A stretch of DNA of 64,000 nucleotides. It comes from Kiritimatiellia bacterium (lineage in GTDB: Bacteria > Verrucomicrobiota > Kiritimatiellia > RFP12 > UBA1067). The position numbers and the translations under genes were made by a program. This document shows, one piece after another, positions 1-10,446 of this stretch (positions within the stretch are counted from its first letter, which is position 1; the number at the start of each line of letters is the position of its first letter). The stretch covers positions 23,604-87,603 of the forward strand of contig JBAYXX010000003.1 of assembly GCA_041673345.1 (NCBI GenBank), written 5' to 3'. Below the pieces are notes generated by a model, which ran no database searches, was not told the origin of the DNA, and was given only the letters and a program-made list of their open reading frames with translations.

Positions 1-749
1 ATGGATTCTTGTCTGTACCCAAAGGGAAAGGACCTTTTCCTGTCGTTGTAAATGTGCCAGGCGCGGGTCCGGGTACTGTTGCTCCATCCACTGGCCTAGC
101 AGCCCAAGGGTTCGTTCATTTTGTCATGAATGTTCATCCCTTTGAGCCTGCGGCAACCAAAACTGAACAAAAACGGCTTTATGACGAGCAGAATCTCAGA
201 TTGAAAGAGATTTACGGTGTGCATTATAGTCTGTCGGGGGCAAGGGAACGTGAGGAATACTTTTTTTATCCGATAATACTGGGGATCAACCGTGCAGTCA
301 ACTGGTTGGCGGCAAGGCCGGATGTTGACAAAACGCGTTTCTTATATACCGGTTCCAGCCAAGGCGGCGGGTTTGGCTTTTATCTTTGTGGCCTGAATCG
401 CAACTTCACCAAAGGTGTAATGCATGTTCCGGCATTGACTGATCTCTTGGGATTTCAGCAGCAGCGCGCTTCAGGCTGGCCCAAGCTAGTCGAGAGCGTA
501 CCCGAGGCTGACAAGGCGGCGGCGACCAAAATCGCCCCTTATTTTGATGGGGCTCATTTCGCAGCCAGGATAAAATGTCCTGTGAGGGTCTCAGTTGGCT
601 TCATTGACCGTACCTGTCCTCCGGCCGCTGTGTATTCAGGTTACAACTCTCTGGTTGTCAAAGACAGGGATATCTGTCATGCGACCAGAATGCCGCACGC
701 TGTGTATCCGGAAGTCAGTAAACCTCTGGACCAATGGCTGAAAAAGTAG
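1..749 (+). CDS. CE7/AXE1-family serine esterase (acetyl xylan esterase / cephalosporin-C deacetylase-like), 5'-partial at window edge
   Basis: Frame is open to base 1. GSSQGGG nucleophile elbow (GxSxG). KGKGPFPVVV... pre-nucleophile strand and C-terminal His region are typical of AXE1/CE7 esterases. About 85 N-terminal residues lie outside the window. Confidence 0.6.
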   Translation, partial: GFLSVPKGKGPFPVVVNVPGAGPGTVAPSTGLAAQGFVHFVMNVHPFEPAATKTEQKRLYDEQNLRLKEIYGVHYSLSGAREREEYFFYPIILGINRAVNWLAARPDVDKTRFLYTGSSQGGGFGFYLCGLNRNFTKGVMHVPALTDLLGFQQQRASGWPKLVESVPEADKAAATKIAPYFDGAHFAARIKCPVRVSVGFIDRTCPPAAVYSGYNSLVVKDRDICHATRMPHAVYPEVSKPLDQWLKK

Positions 750-859
750 GTCCGGTTTTCAACCGGGCATAGTCTCGATGCAAGTCAGGTGTCTCCTCGT
801 CATCTGCTTTGTGCTAATATTCAGTTGTTATATGTAGCTTTTTTTATTATAAAAATTTT

Positions 860-3800
860 ATGATATTTAAAAAAAATCAGAAACGCATGCTCTTTGTCCT
901 GCTGACAGCCTTTATCATCACCTACATCGGGGCTTACCTGTTTAAAACGCGACATGTTGATAAACAACGAATTGCATCGATTAACGAACACGTTGCGAAG
1001 AGTATACTATTGCTGCCTCCCCCTGCTCCGATCTCCGGAACTGTGCTCCAGCAAAAGGTTGTCTCGTCCGTAAAACAGCCCTTGACGCAGCCCACGCTGA
1101 CACAGGGGCAACTCGAACCGCTGCGGTCTGCCTTTAAAAACAGCAGAGATAAAATTAAGGGGCAGCTCCCCAAAAACAGAACGATTCTACTCTCCAAGCG
1201 CACGATTGAAGTTCCTGAAGAAAGGTCTTTACCCGCTGATTTCGCACTGGATCAGAGCCCAACCCAGCGCGATTCACTGCCCTATATTGTCCACTTCGGC
1301 CAGCCAATCACCGGCGCAATGCGCCAGGGACTGGAAAAAAATGGCGCTCTTTTGCGGGGCTACCTAGCCCACTACGCCTTCTTAACCGAGTTGTCGGCTG
1401 CGGCACTACGCGCTATTGCAAATAATCCAGATGTGCACTTTGTCACAGAATTTCTACCCAAGGATAAAATTCAGCCCTTTCTCAGCTCTCTGACCGCAAC
1501 CATACCTGGCAACGAAACTCTACAACTCTCGATCCAGACGCTTGATCCGCTGGATACTAAGTCGGTCGAGGAGCTGGTCGCCGCGCTCGGCGGTGAGGTC
1601 AATCACACCACCCGCTTGCCAGAGTGGGGGGTGATTCGCGCGACCCTGCCTTTGAGTGAGATTCCAGCACTGACACAGCGCGGTGAGGTCCAGTGGGTTG
1701 AGGAGTTTGTCCCACCCAAATTGCTCAATGATTATGCGACCCTGCCCTCGCACCTGAATGCGGTAGCGGTTCAGAACGAGTGGTACTTGACAGGTCAAGG
1801 GCAGATTATCGGCCATGCTGACACCGGAATCGATACGGGGAATGAGGCCACCATTCACCCTGATTTCCAGGGCCAGATCGCCGCCATTTTTGATCTGGCC
1901 AACAACGGCACTGATGCCGCCGATTATCACGGTCACGGCACTCACACCGCCGGCTCGATCTGCGGCAGCGGCGCCTCCAGCCAGGGGCAATACAAAGGTA
2001 TCGCCTATGATGCCAAGCTGATCGCACAGTGCATCGTGGATAAGACCACTGGACATTTTACCGGTATCTATGACCTTTATGCCATGTATATGCAAAGTTA
2101 TTTGAATGGGGCGACCATCCACTCCGATAGCTGGGGCTCAGCGGTTTATGGCGAGTACGACGGCTTTGCCAGGGAGACCGATCTCTTTGCATGGACCTAC
2201 CCCCGTTTTTTGCCGGTCTTTGCAGCCGGAAACTCAGGCATAGACAGCGATAACGACGGAATTGTTGATCCCGACAACATCACCTCGCCGGGTACCGCTA
2301 AAAATGTGCTGACAATAGGTGCCACCGAGAATGACCGCCCCTTTGCAAATGAAGGGTTTCGCGCTTATAAATACTCTCAGAAATGGGGAACAAGCTTTAA
2401 AACCAACCCCATCAAGGATGACTACATCTCGCGCAGTGCCACCACATTGCCCTACCAGCAGGGCATGGCCGCTTTTTCCAGTCGGGGGCCAACCGATGAC
2501 AATCGCATCAAACCCGAGGTGTGCGCGCCTGGCACTGACATTATCTCCACCCGCAGCTCCATGCCCGGCGCCAGCGCGCTATGGGGTGTGCTACCCGCCA
2601 ACTACGCTTACTGCTACAGTGGCGGAACCAGCATGGCAACCCCGCTCACAGCGGGCACTGCCGCCCTGATCCGGCAATATATGGTTCAGCGAGCCGGCAT
2701 TCCCCTTCCATCCGCCGCATTGATCAAGGCCACCATGATCGGCGGTTCGCACACACTGGCACCTGGTCAGTACGGAGTTACAGCGCAACAGGAGATCCCC
2801 TTCACATCCCCAAACATGATTGAAGGCTGGGGGCAGCCAGAACTCGTTCAAATGCTTCACCCGCAAGGACTAATGATTAGGCTAATCGACGGATTCTCCC
2901 CTACGACCGGCGGGACCAATCTCTATCAAGTCACGGTCGCGAAGCCCGGTTATCCGCTTGATATTGTGATGTCCTGGCTGGATTATCCGGGCACAGCTGG
3001 CGGGCCAGCCACGCTGGTCAACGACCTTAATCTGAACGTGGTCACTCCAGGTACCAACGTCCTATTCCCTAATAACCGCACAACCGATGACGACTGCAAC
3101 ACAGTTGAGAGCATCCGGATCAACGCTGCCGAGACTGGTGTTTATACCCTCAAAGTCATTGGTGCAAATATCGTGGTCAATAACGGTGCTGTCGCAATCT
3201 ATGTACGCGGCGCGCTGGACGAAACCCCGATCATTGTGCATGAGAGTACGCCGTACTATGATTCCACGCAGGCCCCTTATCCAATTGATTTCAAGGTGCA
3301 GAGCCTTAGCCCGTTGACCAATAATAGCGTGAACCTTTACTATAACACCGGCACGCCCAACTCTGTCACTGGTACGTGGCAGAGTGTGGCAGCCACCTGG
3401 AGCAGCAACGCCAACTACCAGGCAATGATCCCCCACCACCAGAAAAACACAACCCTGCGCTACTACATGCAAATTTCCAACGAGACCTTTAATGTCAGCC
3501 TGCCAAAACATGCGGTCATCAGCAATAACTTCTTCACCATGCACCTCGGCTCCCCGACCCTTCTGATCATTGACGGCAGTCCTGCGCAATATGGAACCGT
3601 GATACCGGAGTATGGCACCAACATCATCCTCTCCGGCCAGGTATTTACGGCCACCGCCGCGCCGCAAGCAATTACCACCCAGGAACGCATCGCTGCGGAT
3701 GGATGGAGCGGCACAGGTGACATTCCATCCGCAGCGGACACCAACTCTGTGACACTCTCCATTCAACAGGAGAGTGCGCTTACCTGGAACTGGCAGACCC

Positions 3801-6481
3801 AGTACCGGCTGACAAGAAAGCTGTACTTCAAGAATATCGACTATACGCATGCTGATGGCATCTTCTGGCACTGGAAAGACAGGGTAGTGCCTGATCAAAC
3901 CGCACACACCCTGTACTCGGTCGACAGCGGTATGGGCAGCAGCGAGCTGTACGCATTTTACGGTTGGTCTCTGGATGACATACGCTGGCCTGATGCCAAT
4001 GCGCCCTCCCTGAATCCGTGCAGCGGCCTAGCTATGACCAACGCGTACACTTTACAGGCCAATTATATGTTGCTTCAGCAGGATGACGATGATGATGGCA
4101 TCTATGATTGGTGGGAGCAACTCTACTTTGGCAACACCTCGAGCGCCAATGATCCGGAGGCTGATTTAGATGGCGATTTGTGGAGTAATCAGGCTGAGGC
4201 GCTCGACAACACCAACCCCTTTGACCCGGGTAGTTTCCCAACGCCGCCAGCCATCACCGTCAACCCGTTGGCGCCCTTCCAGAGCCTCCGTCCGCCTTGG
4301 AGTGTGACCGCTCTGATCACGGATAACTTCACCGTTGTCTCCGCAGTTTTACAGTGGCGCGAAAAGGGCGAGACCCTCTGGCAGGAAGCTGTAATGGGCT
4401 ATGCTGGCAATGACCTCTTCGCAGCGGATATCACGCCCGCCGCGCACGGCGCCAAACGCATTGATTACCGGATTGCCGCCGCTGATCTGATTGGTTACTA
4501 TGACCCCTCATTTGCGGCAACATCCGCGGTTTACAGTGTGATCGGCGATTACGACACCCCTTGGATGCAGGTCACTCCAGAATCAATGGATATAATTGAA
4601 ATTGCAAATCAAGCAACCAATCTCAGCGTAAGTGTGGCTAATCTGGCAGGGCCGGATTTGATCTGGACCGGTTATGTCGCGACCGCAGCCGCGACCTTTA
4701 CCGCCTCTGACCCTGGCTGGCAGCATTCAGGAACCAATGATCTTTGGCACGTATCCACCAATCGGACCTGGAATGGCGACCCAGTATGGTACTGCGGCAG
4801 CCAAAGCTTGCGCCAATACCCCAGTTCGTGCCACGCCTCGCTCAATACGCCAGAGTTTACTGTTGGCAACCACGGAGTTTTGAGTTTCCGCCACTGGGCT
4901 GATTTTGAAGAGGATACCGAGGAAAATGCCTATTGGGATGGGGCGGTGATCATGATCTCAACCAACAGCGGCAGCACATTCTCAATCATTGAGTCGCTCG
5001 CGGGTTACAACGCCGCCATTGTACCTAACCCCGCCTCGCCCTTTGCAGGCGATCAGCCCTGCTTTGGCGGCATGGGCACCGGATGGGAGAGCGTTCTTGT
5101 TGACCTCGCCCCCTATGCTGGCGGGAGTGTTATCTTTCGCTTTGAATTTGGCTCCGATGAGTATGTGACAGCCGAAGGGTGGTATATCGGTGGTGTCACG
5201 GTACTCTCCTCTGAGCCACCCCTGCCACCTTGGCTCGTAAAAACCGGGATTTGGAGCGGCGTACTAGCTGATGGATGGCAGGCAATACCGGGGTTTGAAG
5301 TCAAACCGCTCCTGATGCTGACCAACAGCGAACACATAGTGTGTGTGCGCGTGGACAACAATGATCCGGCTGCCAACCCAGTGGTTGATCTGACGCTCCG
5401 CCGTGGTTTTGCAATCACCGGTGAGGTTGCTGGAAACGGGAGCATCGCCATCGATGATCCGATCATCTTCCGCGATGAGAGTGCTCAGATCTCGATCCAG
5501 GCTGAGTACGGCTCCTATATTACCAATCTCACCATCAACGGCGTATGGCAAGCCGGAGACTACGACTATGCAGACACTAGCCGCCTCTACGTATTGCATC
5601 CAGTGACCAATAACACTCATTTTGCGGTCTGGTTTGACCTAAGAACCTGGAACCTGTTGATAAACAGCGCTTTCGGTTCACCGTCACCTGCCGCTGGCAG
5701 TTATCACCTCTCCCATGAGAGTGAGATTCTGGCCTATGTTACAACCCCGGTAATGGATGTTAACCCCATGATCCGTTACAGCGTATCCGGGCACAGCTTG
5801 ATTGGCGCTGATCCTATTTCAGAAAACACCGGATTGGTCTCCTTTGTGCTAACCAACAACACTGAACTTACCTGGCTCTGGAGCACCAACTACCAGCTAA
5901 AAGCAGTTTCTACGGGAAATGGCGTGGTAGTCCCGGAACAAGGATGGTATATTGCTGGCTCCACCTCTTGCACCACTGGCTACCCAATCAATTACCACCA
6001 CTTCGAAAATTGGAGCGGTGATACCAACAATGCTGTTTTCTGCAGTCTTAATAACAGCCATATCAACCTGTTGATGGACGCTCCACGCAACATCAGCGCC
6101 TCGTTTAGCGCCAATTTGACACCCACCCACGGCGTACCAGAGACCTGGCTTGCATCCTTCGGCTTTTACAACAACTTTGAGAGTGTGGCCGAGGGCGATC
6201 ACGACAACGATGGGATGTATACGTGGCAAGAGTGGCGGAGCGATACCGACCCAACCAACGCGCTTTCACTCCTGCAGCTCAGGAGCGTTGGGGTCGCAGA
6301 TGATGTCGTGCAGGTCTCCTGGGTCGGCGGCATCAGCCGTACGCAATGGCTGCAGCACGCTGCAGCGCCTGCGGGTCCTTGGATCGATACCTTCACCAAC
6401 CTGCCCCCCACCGCAATCACAAACAGCATCCACCTGCCCCATGAAGGCAATCGCAGCTTCTTCCGCGTTTTAATCCCATAA
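860..6481 (+). CDS. Giant membrane-anchored subtilisin-like serine protease (peptidase S8) with long C-terminal beta-sandwich / Asp-rich Ca-binding repeat extension
   Basis: N-terminal TM helix. Two I9-propeptide-like segments. Catalytic triad motifs DTGID, HGHGTHTAGS and GGTSMATP. PPC-like segment (DDDCNTVESIRINAAETGVYTLKV). Repeated D-rich TSP3-like motifs (DDDDDGIYDWWEQ.., DHDNDGMYTWQEW..). MAM/jelly-roll-like segment (GWYIGGVTV). Confidence 0.85.
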   Translation: MIFKKNQKRMLFVLLTAFIITYIGAYLFKTRHVDKQRIASINEHVAKSILLLPPPAPISGTVLQQKVVSSVKQPLTQPTLTQGQLEPLRSAFKNSRDKIKGQLPKNRTILLSKRTIEVPEERSLPADFALDQSPTQRDSLPYIVHFGQPITGAMRQGLEKNGALLRGYLAHYAFLTELSAAALRAIANNPDVHFVTEFLPKDKIQPFLSSLTATIPGNETLQLSIQTLDPLDTKSVEELVAALGGEVNHTTRLPEWGVIRATLPLSEIPALTQRGEVQWVEEFVPPKLLNDYATLPSHLNAVAVQNEWYLTGQGQIIGHADTGIDTGNEATIHPDFQGQIAAIFDLANNGTDAADYHGHGTHTAGSICGSGASSQGQYKGIAYDAKLIAQCIVDKTTGHFTGIYDLYAMYMQSYLNGATIHSDSWGSAVYGEYDGFARETDLFAWTYPRFLPVFAAGNSGIDSDNDGIVDPDNITSPGTAKNVLTIGATENDRPFANEGFRAYKYSQKWGTSFKTNPIKDDYISRSATTLPYQQGMAAFSSRGPTDDNRIKPEVCAPGTDIISTRSSMPGASALWGVLPANYAYCYSGGTSMATPLTAGTAALIRQYMVQRAGIPLPSAALIKATMIGGSHTLAPGQYGVTAQQEIPFTSPNMIEGWGQPELVQMLHPQGLMIRLIDGFSPTTGGTNLYQVTVAKPGYPLDIVMSWLDYPGTAGGPATLVNDLNLNVVTPGTNVLFPNNRTTDDDCNTVESIRINAAETGVYTLKVIGANIVVNNGAVAIYVRGALDETPIIVHESTPYYDSTQAPYPIDFKVQSLSPLTNNSVNLYYNTGTPNSVTGTWQSVAATWSSNANYQAMIPHHQKNTTLRYYMQISNETFNVSLPKHAVISNNFFTMHLGSPTLLIIDGSPAQYGTVIPEYGTNIILSGQVFTATAAPQAITTQERIAADGWSGTGDIPSAADTNSVTLSIQQESALTWNWQTQYRLTRKLYFKNIDYTHADGIFWHWKDRVVPDQTAHTLYSVDSGMGSSELYAFYGWSLDDIRWPDANAPSLNPCSGLAMTNAYTLQANYMLLQQDDDDDGIYDWWEQLYFGNTSSANDPEADLDGDLWSNQAEALDNTNPFDPGSFPTPPAITVNPLAPFQSLRPPWSVTALITDNFTVVSAVLQWREKGETLWQEAVMGYAGNDLFAADITPAAHGAKRIDYRIAAADLIGYYDPSFAATSAVYSVIGDYDTPWMQVTPESMDIIEIANQATNLSVSVANLAGPDLIWTGYVATAAATFTASDPGWQHSGTNDLWHVSTNRTWNGDPVWYCGSQSLRQYPSSCHASLNTPEFTVGNHGVLSFRHWADFEEDTEENAYWDGAVIMISTNSGSTFSIIESLAGYNAAIVPNPASPFAGDQPCFGGMGTGWESVLVDLAPYAGGSVIFRFEFGSDEYVTAEGWYIGGVTVLSSEPPLPPWLVKTGIWSGVLADGWQAIPGFEVKPLLMLTNSEHIVCVRVDNNDPAANPVVDLTLRRGFAITGEVAGNGSIAIDDPIIFRDESAQISIQAEYGSYITNLTINGVWQAGDYDYADTSRLYVLHPVTNNTHFAVWFDLRTWNLLINSAFGSPSPAAGSYHLSHESEILAYVTTPVMDVNPMIRYSVSGHSLIGADPISENTGLVSFVLTNNTELTWLWSTNYQLKAVSTGNGVVVPEQGWYIAGSTSCTTGYPINYHHFENWSGDTNNAVFCSLNNSHINLLMDAPRNISASFSANLTPTHGVPETWLASFGFYNNFESVAEGDHDNDGMYTWQEWRSDTDPTNALSLLQLRSVGVADDVVQVSWVGGISRTQWLQHAAAPAGPWIDTFTNLPPTAITNSIHLPHEGNRSFFRVLIP

Positions 6482-6630
6482 AGCAGCTTTTAGCCGCAAC
6501 AAGATAAAGCGTTTGTGATCTGAGAAAAACCTTACCTGGCCTGTCTCTATGTGTTCGCAAGAAGGGTCGCGAAGAGACGCACTTTCTCTCCCGGGTATTT
6601 TTAACCCGGCTAACCTTAAGGGGGATTGCT

Positions 6631-8628
6631 TTAGAAGATGTATGATGCCGTGACCTTCCAGGTGCGCCCATCAGCCGGATAGTAATAGTAGTTGTGTCCA
6701 CCGGCCCAGTAGTAGCCGCCATAGTTGCAGTACTCCTTATCAAAGAGGTTGTCAACGCCCGCTGAAAGTTTAAATCCTTCTGCAAACTGCGGTTCATAGG
6801 CAACACCTAGGTCGAGCGTGGTGTAGGGTTTCAGCCTTTGAGCCGTGTTGGCAAAATCAGATTCCATGCGCTGCGACGAAATATGATTCACTGTGCCCAG
6901 CAGGCTGATCTCATCTGTAACACAGAGTCTGCCATTTAGGCGCAGCGAGTGCCTGGGAACCATCGGAAACTGATTTTCATCATACGGCCCTTCAGAAAAA
7001 TAGGCGTCAACATAGTTGTATAACAGCCCGATTGATCCCAGATCCTCCTTGTCCAAGGAGACCGAAGCTTCAATTCCTTCGCGAGTGGTATTATCAGGCG
7101 CATTCACATTCTGATAAGTCACTGAGTTGTAATAGATCTCGTCCTGACTCTTGATCTGGTAAAAGGTTATTGCCGTTGTCAGGTATTCAAACAGGGTCGC
7201 CGAACCACCAGCTTCAAGTGTATAGCCGGTCTCGGGCTTAAGAGCGGTATTGGGAACACCCCATGAAACCACCTCATCCACAAATGGGGCATGGTAATAG
7301 CTAGTTGCCTTGGCAAAGAGTTTAGCCTCTTCAATCGGACGATAAAGCAGAGCTGCTTCATAGGCCGCCTCAGTGTTATCGTATGAGGTTATTTTTGCCG
7401 CGCTCTTGACGCGGTTGTCGAAACGCTCTCCACGGGCTCCTGCCAGCAGTGAGATATCATCTGTGAAGAAAAATTCATCCATGATGTAACCAGCATAGGA
7501 TGCGCGGTTATACTCATCTTTACTGGTGTCGGATTTATACTGGTTGAAACGAAGGTCGGTCCCAAGCGTTAATTGGTTTTCATATTCGCCTATATCAAAA
7601 GTGTGGTTGTATTTTGGGGTGAATGCGTACTCGTCAACCGTATATTCGGTTCTGGATTTTAAAGAGATCCAGGAGGTCTCTGATTCGCGTCGGCTGGCTG
7701 TGAATGCACCATCCAGAATTCCTTCCTCTCCAAGATCGGTTTTCCCGTAAAGGCGTGTGCCCCATTGTTCAAGCTCAGAGCTGTCATTAGGAGTGGTCGA
7801 CAGCTTGGGGTTTTTGTTGAACTGTGCCCGTGTCAATGATCCAGGCAGTCCAAAGTCGCTATTATGGTAGAATGCGGAGAGAGATACCTGGCGTATTTCG
7901 TTCCAATGTTTCGTAACAGATCCATTGGCATTCCAGGTTTCATAGTCGCTGTTCTTGCGGTATCCATCTGATTTGTCCCAGCTCAATCCTCCGCTGTAAC
8001 TAACGCCCTCATCCAACACTCCGGCACGGTTGACACTAGCTCCGAATGTATTGTCAGAGCCTACCGTGGCCAATACGGCGGTACGTTCTTCTTCGCCGGG
8101 AGCCAGAGTAATGATATTGATTACCCCTGCAACAGCGTAGTCGCCAAACAAAACGGTTTGACTGCCATGCAGCACCTCAATGCGGGATATGCCGGCTAGT
8201 GGTACACGCAGGAGATTAGGTGCGGCCATATCAGGGTTGTTGAGCCTTTCGCCGTCAACCATGACCAGAATACGACCGTGTGAGTTGCCGCCATAGCCGC
8301 GCATGGATATCTGAGACTGAGCTGGATTGCTGCTTAAAGAGCGGATGAATATCCCGGCATCTTTGCGCAGAACATCAATGATGTCTTTACGACCTTTTTT
8401 ACGGATATCCTCAGCTGTGATAATTGTCACATGTGAGGCCATCTCCTCTTTTGTCTTAAAGGCGCGGCTTGCTTCTACAATAACCGGAGGCATATTGGTG
8501 TGAGCGGGTGTGGCTTCGTTTTGCTCCAGCACTTCAACTGCTGTTGCATTAAAAGCAGATATGATTGAGAGTGTGCATACAAGGCACGGCGCGAGTTGAA
8601 TTAACAGTTGCTTCATCTTCTTCCTCAA
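6631..8628 (-). CDS. btuB: TonB-dependent outer-membrane receptor, probably cobalamin-type (BtuB-like); symbol tentative
   Basis: Signal peptide. Plug-domain motifs (VTIITAEDIRK..., DGERLNNPD, RIEVLHGSQTVLFGDYAVAGVINIITL). 22-strand barrel length. Terminal aromatic (..SYIF). A B12-riboswitch-like leader lies upstream. Confidence 0.7.
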   Translation of the reverse strand: MRKKMKQLLIQLAPCLVCTLSIISAFNATAVEVLEQNEATPAHTNMPPVIVEASRAFKTKEEMASHVTIITAEDIRKKGRKDIIDVLRKDAGIFIRSLSSNPAQSQISMRGYGGNSHGRILVMVDGERLNNPDMAAPNLLRVPLAGISRIEVLHGSQTVLFGDYAVAGVINIITLAPGEEERTAVLATVGSDNTFGASVNRAGVLDEGVSYSGGLSWDKSDGYRKNSDYETWNANGSVTKHWNEIRQVSLSAFYHNSDFGLPGSLTRAQFNKNPKLSTTPNDSSELEQWGTRLYGKTDLGEEGILDGAFTASRRESETSWISLKSRTEYTVDEYAFTPKYNHTFDIGEYENQLTLGTDLRFNQYKSDTSKDEYNRASYAGYIMDEFFFTDDISLLAGARGERFDNRVKSAAKITSYDNTEAAYEAALLYRPIEEAKLFAKATSYYHAPFVDEVVSWGVPNTALKPETGYTLEAGGSATLFEYLTTAITFYQIKSQDEIYYNSVTYQNVNAPDNTTREGIEASVSLDKEDLGSIGLLYNYVDAYFSEGPYDENQFPMVPRHSLRLNGRLCVTDEISLLGTVNHISSQRMESDFANTAQRLKPYTTLDLGVAYEPQFAEGFKLSAGVDNLFDKEYCNYGGYYWAGGHNYYYYPADGRTWKVTASYIF

Positions 8629-8699
8629 GCGGGATCAGTTGTATAATCTGCGTCACAAGAGGAAAGAAGGTTTAGAACTCCCAATACCTCTTGCGCGAA

Positions 8700-8857
8700 G
8701 GCATTTAACAGATGCATCCAATCCGTCTTCTGACTTACAGCGTATCCTCACTCTAACCTTCTCATCTGATACAACAGACAATGGCACTAAAGAGCTTGTA
8801 GCTGATTACAGCGGCGCGACCGTACCCGAATCTCACGGGTTTCCGATAATTGGCACA
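8700..8857 (-). promoter_or_regulatory. Probable cobalamin (AdoCbl) riboswitch in the 5' leader of the TonB-dependent receptor gene; putative sigma70 promoter just upstream (TTGACA-17-TATCTT, minus strand ~8893-8865)
   Basis: Minus-strand leader reads ..GTGCCAATTATCGGAAACCCGTGAGATTCGGGTACGGTCGCGCCGCTGTAATCAGC...AGTGCCATTGTC...GAGAAGG. This matches the conserved GGTG-AAATCC-GG / GCCGCTGTAA core and a B12-box-like AGTGCCATTG. An SD (GAGGAAG) precedes the ATG. Not verified by covariance model. Confidence 0.45.
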
Positions 8858-8917
8858 TGTACTTTTAAGATAGTGTATGCGCTTTGATATGTCAAGGGGG
8901 GTGTTTGGAAAGACGAA

Positions 8918-9478
8918 TTATTTTAGAACTGCGTGGCTGCTTCTCAGGCTCCGCCATTGTTGGATCTCATTCCTGCGTTGAACGACCCACAGCTCACTGC
9001 TCACTCCAGGTGGTAGCGTCGCCATCACACGTGGGTGGCCACAGCTCTGGCAACAGGCCCCTTCAGTGATTGGGCGCGCGCAGCCGGGGCAGCAACACTC
9101 CAGTACCTCGCCGCAAGTGGCGCAGTACTTTATATTGCCTGTCAGTAAGCTCAGCTCAGGCCAGACAAAAAGTTCGTCATTGATGATATAAGGGATATTG
9201 GACAAACAAGCGGGATTTGGGCAATAACCTTTTTGAAGGGAGAACGCTGGGAGGAACTCAGGAATATTATTGCGCGTCTTCTCCTCCATCGGAATTTTGA
9301 GGATGCCGGCGATTTTCTCGACAAACTCTATGGAGAGCTTTTCAGGGTGTCCTCTTTCAAACATGCTGACTGCACTTTGCGCGCAACCAACGGCTTTCGC
9401 CAACGCGCTTTGTGTCAACCCTTGTTCACGCCGCGCAGCTGCAACCTTCCTGCAAAAATCTTCTGGTAAATATGCCAT
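8918..9478 (-). CDS. XRE-family helix-turn-helix transcriptional regulator with C-terminal Cys-rich (zinc-ribbon-like) domain
   Basis: N-terminal HTH_3 signature (RREQGLTQSALAKAVGCAQSAVSMFERG). C-terminal CxxC...CCCPGC...CCQSCGHP cysteine clusters. Confidence 0.6.
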   Translation of the reverse strand: MAYLPEDFCRKVAAARREQGLTQSALAKAVGCAQSAVSMFERGHPEKLSIEFVEKIAGILKIPMEEKTRNNIPEFLPAFSLQKGYCPNPACLSNIPYIINDELFVWPELSLLTGNIKYCATCGEVLECCCPGCARPITEGACCQSCGHPRVMATLPPGVSSELWVVQRRNEIQQWRSLRSSHAVLK

Positions 9479-9815
9479 AACTTTGATTCTTGGTCTAAGT
9501 TTTAGATGTTAAAAAGCTGTTAATAACGTAATGCCCATAGTATGCCTCAGATCATAGGTTATTAACAAGCACAAGATATCAACAGTTTATATACAGGTTT
9601 AAAATATTGTGAATCAACAAGATATGAGTTATACGCAGCCTGATTATAAACTGTTTATAACCTTCATTTAATAATGTTGATAATATTGTAGATAAATTGA
9701 TATTTTAAGAACCAGAAGACAGAATTCAGAAGACACTACCTGCGTGGCTACGATATTTTCGTGTTTACGAGAGATTGATGTTTTCAAAATCTGATCTTTA
9801 TGGTTTCATACATGC

Positions 9816-10442
9816 ATGGATCAAAAGAGCCGATTGTTAATTGTGAATATTGTCACTTTCGCCAGAGTGCCGTTTGTCGTTTTATTTATGGTGCTGGCAG
9901 TGGTGCATGCGTATGACCCGGGGTTGCGAATTCTGGCGGTGCTGGGTACGATCTCGCTGGCAGTGGCTGCTTTGACCGATCTGTTTGACGGAATGCTCGC
10001 GCGCAAGTGGGAAGTAGTTTCAAAATTCGGGGCTATGGCTGATCCTCTGATGGATAAAGTTTTTTATCTGGTAGTTTTCCCCACGCTGCTCTGGCTGCTC
10101 GGGCGTCAGCCGGATGAGGGAGCACACGCGCTGGTGATGCTAATTTTCACCGTACTCTATATCTTACGGGATCAATGGGTCACCTTCCTGCGCTCGGTAG
10201 GAACGCTGTTTGGTGCTGACTGCGGTGCCAACTGGATGGGCAAGTTCAGAACAGCCGCCAGCTTTCCAATCGCCTGTGTGATCTATGTCTACGCCGCACT
10301 GCACCCTTTCTTTCTGCCGCAGGCACTGATCTACACTCTGGAGGCATTTCTGATCGTGATCAATCTCTGGTCCATGTTCACATATACCAGAGAGTATATG
10401 CCCTATCTCAAACAAGCACTGCTGTCAAAAAAAGCGGAGTGA
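9816..10442 (+). CDS. CDP-alcohol phosphatidyltransferase family protein (PgsA-like)
   Basis: DLFDGMLARKWEVVSKFGAMADPLMDK matches D-G-x2-A-R-x8-G-x3-D-x3-D. Multiple TM helices. Confidence 0.7.
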   Translation: MDQKSRLLIVNIVTFARVPFVVLFMVLAVVHAYDPGLRILAVLGTISLAVAALTDLFDGMLARKWEVVSKFGAMADPLMDKVFYLVVFPTLLWLLGRQPDEGAHALVMLIFTVLYILRDQWVTFLRSVGTLFGADCGANWMGKFRTAASFPIACVIYVYAALHPFFLPQALIYTLEAFLIVINLWSMFTYTREYMPYLKQALLSKKAE

Positions 10443-10446
10443 AGAA

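Noticed and set aside
934-6450. Numerous 60-200-aa ORFs antisense or out-of-frame inside the 5.6-kb subtilase gene (e.g. 934..1203, 1520..2122, 3062..3907, 5113..5620)
   Set aside because: Embedded in a continuous, domain-coherent sense ORF. High-GC coding regions generate long spurious antisense frames.
8639-9069. Small plus-strand ORFs 8639..8887 and 8884..9069
   Set aside because: They lie in the leader/riboswitch region of the minus-strand receptor gene and antisense to the XRE regulator. No coding signature.
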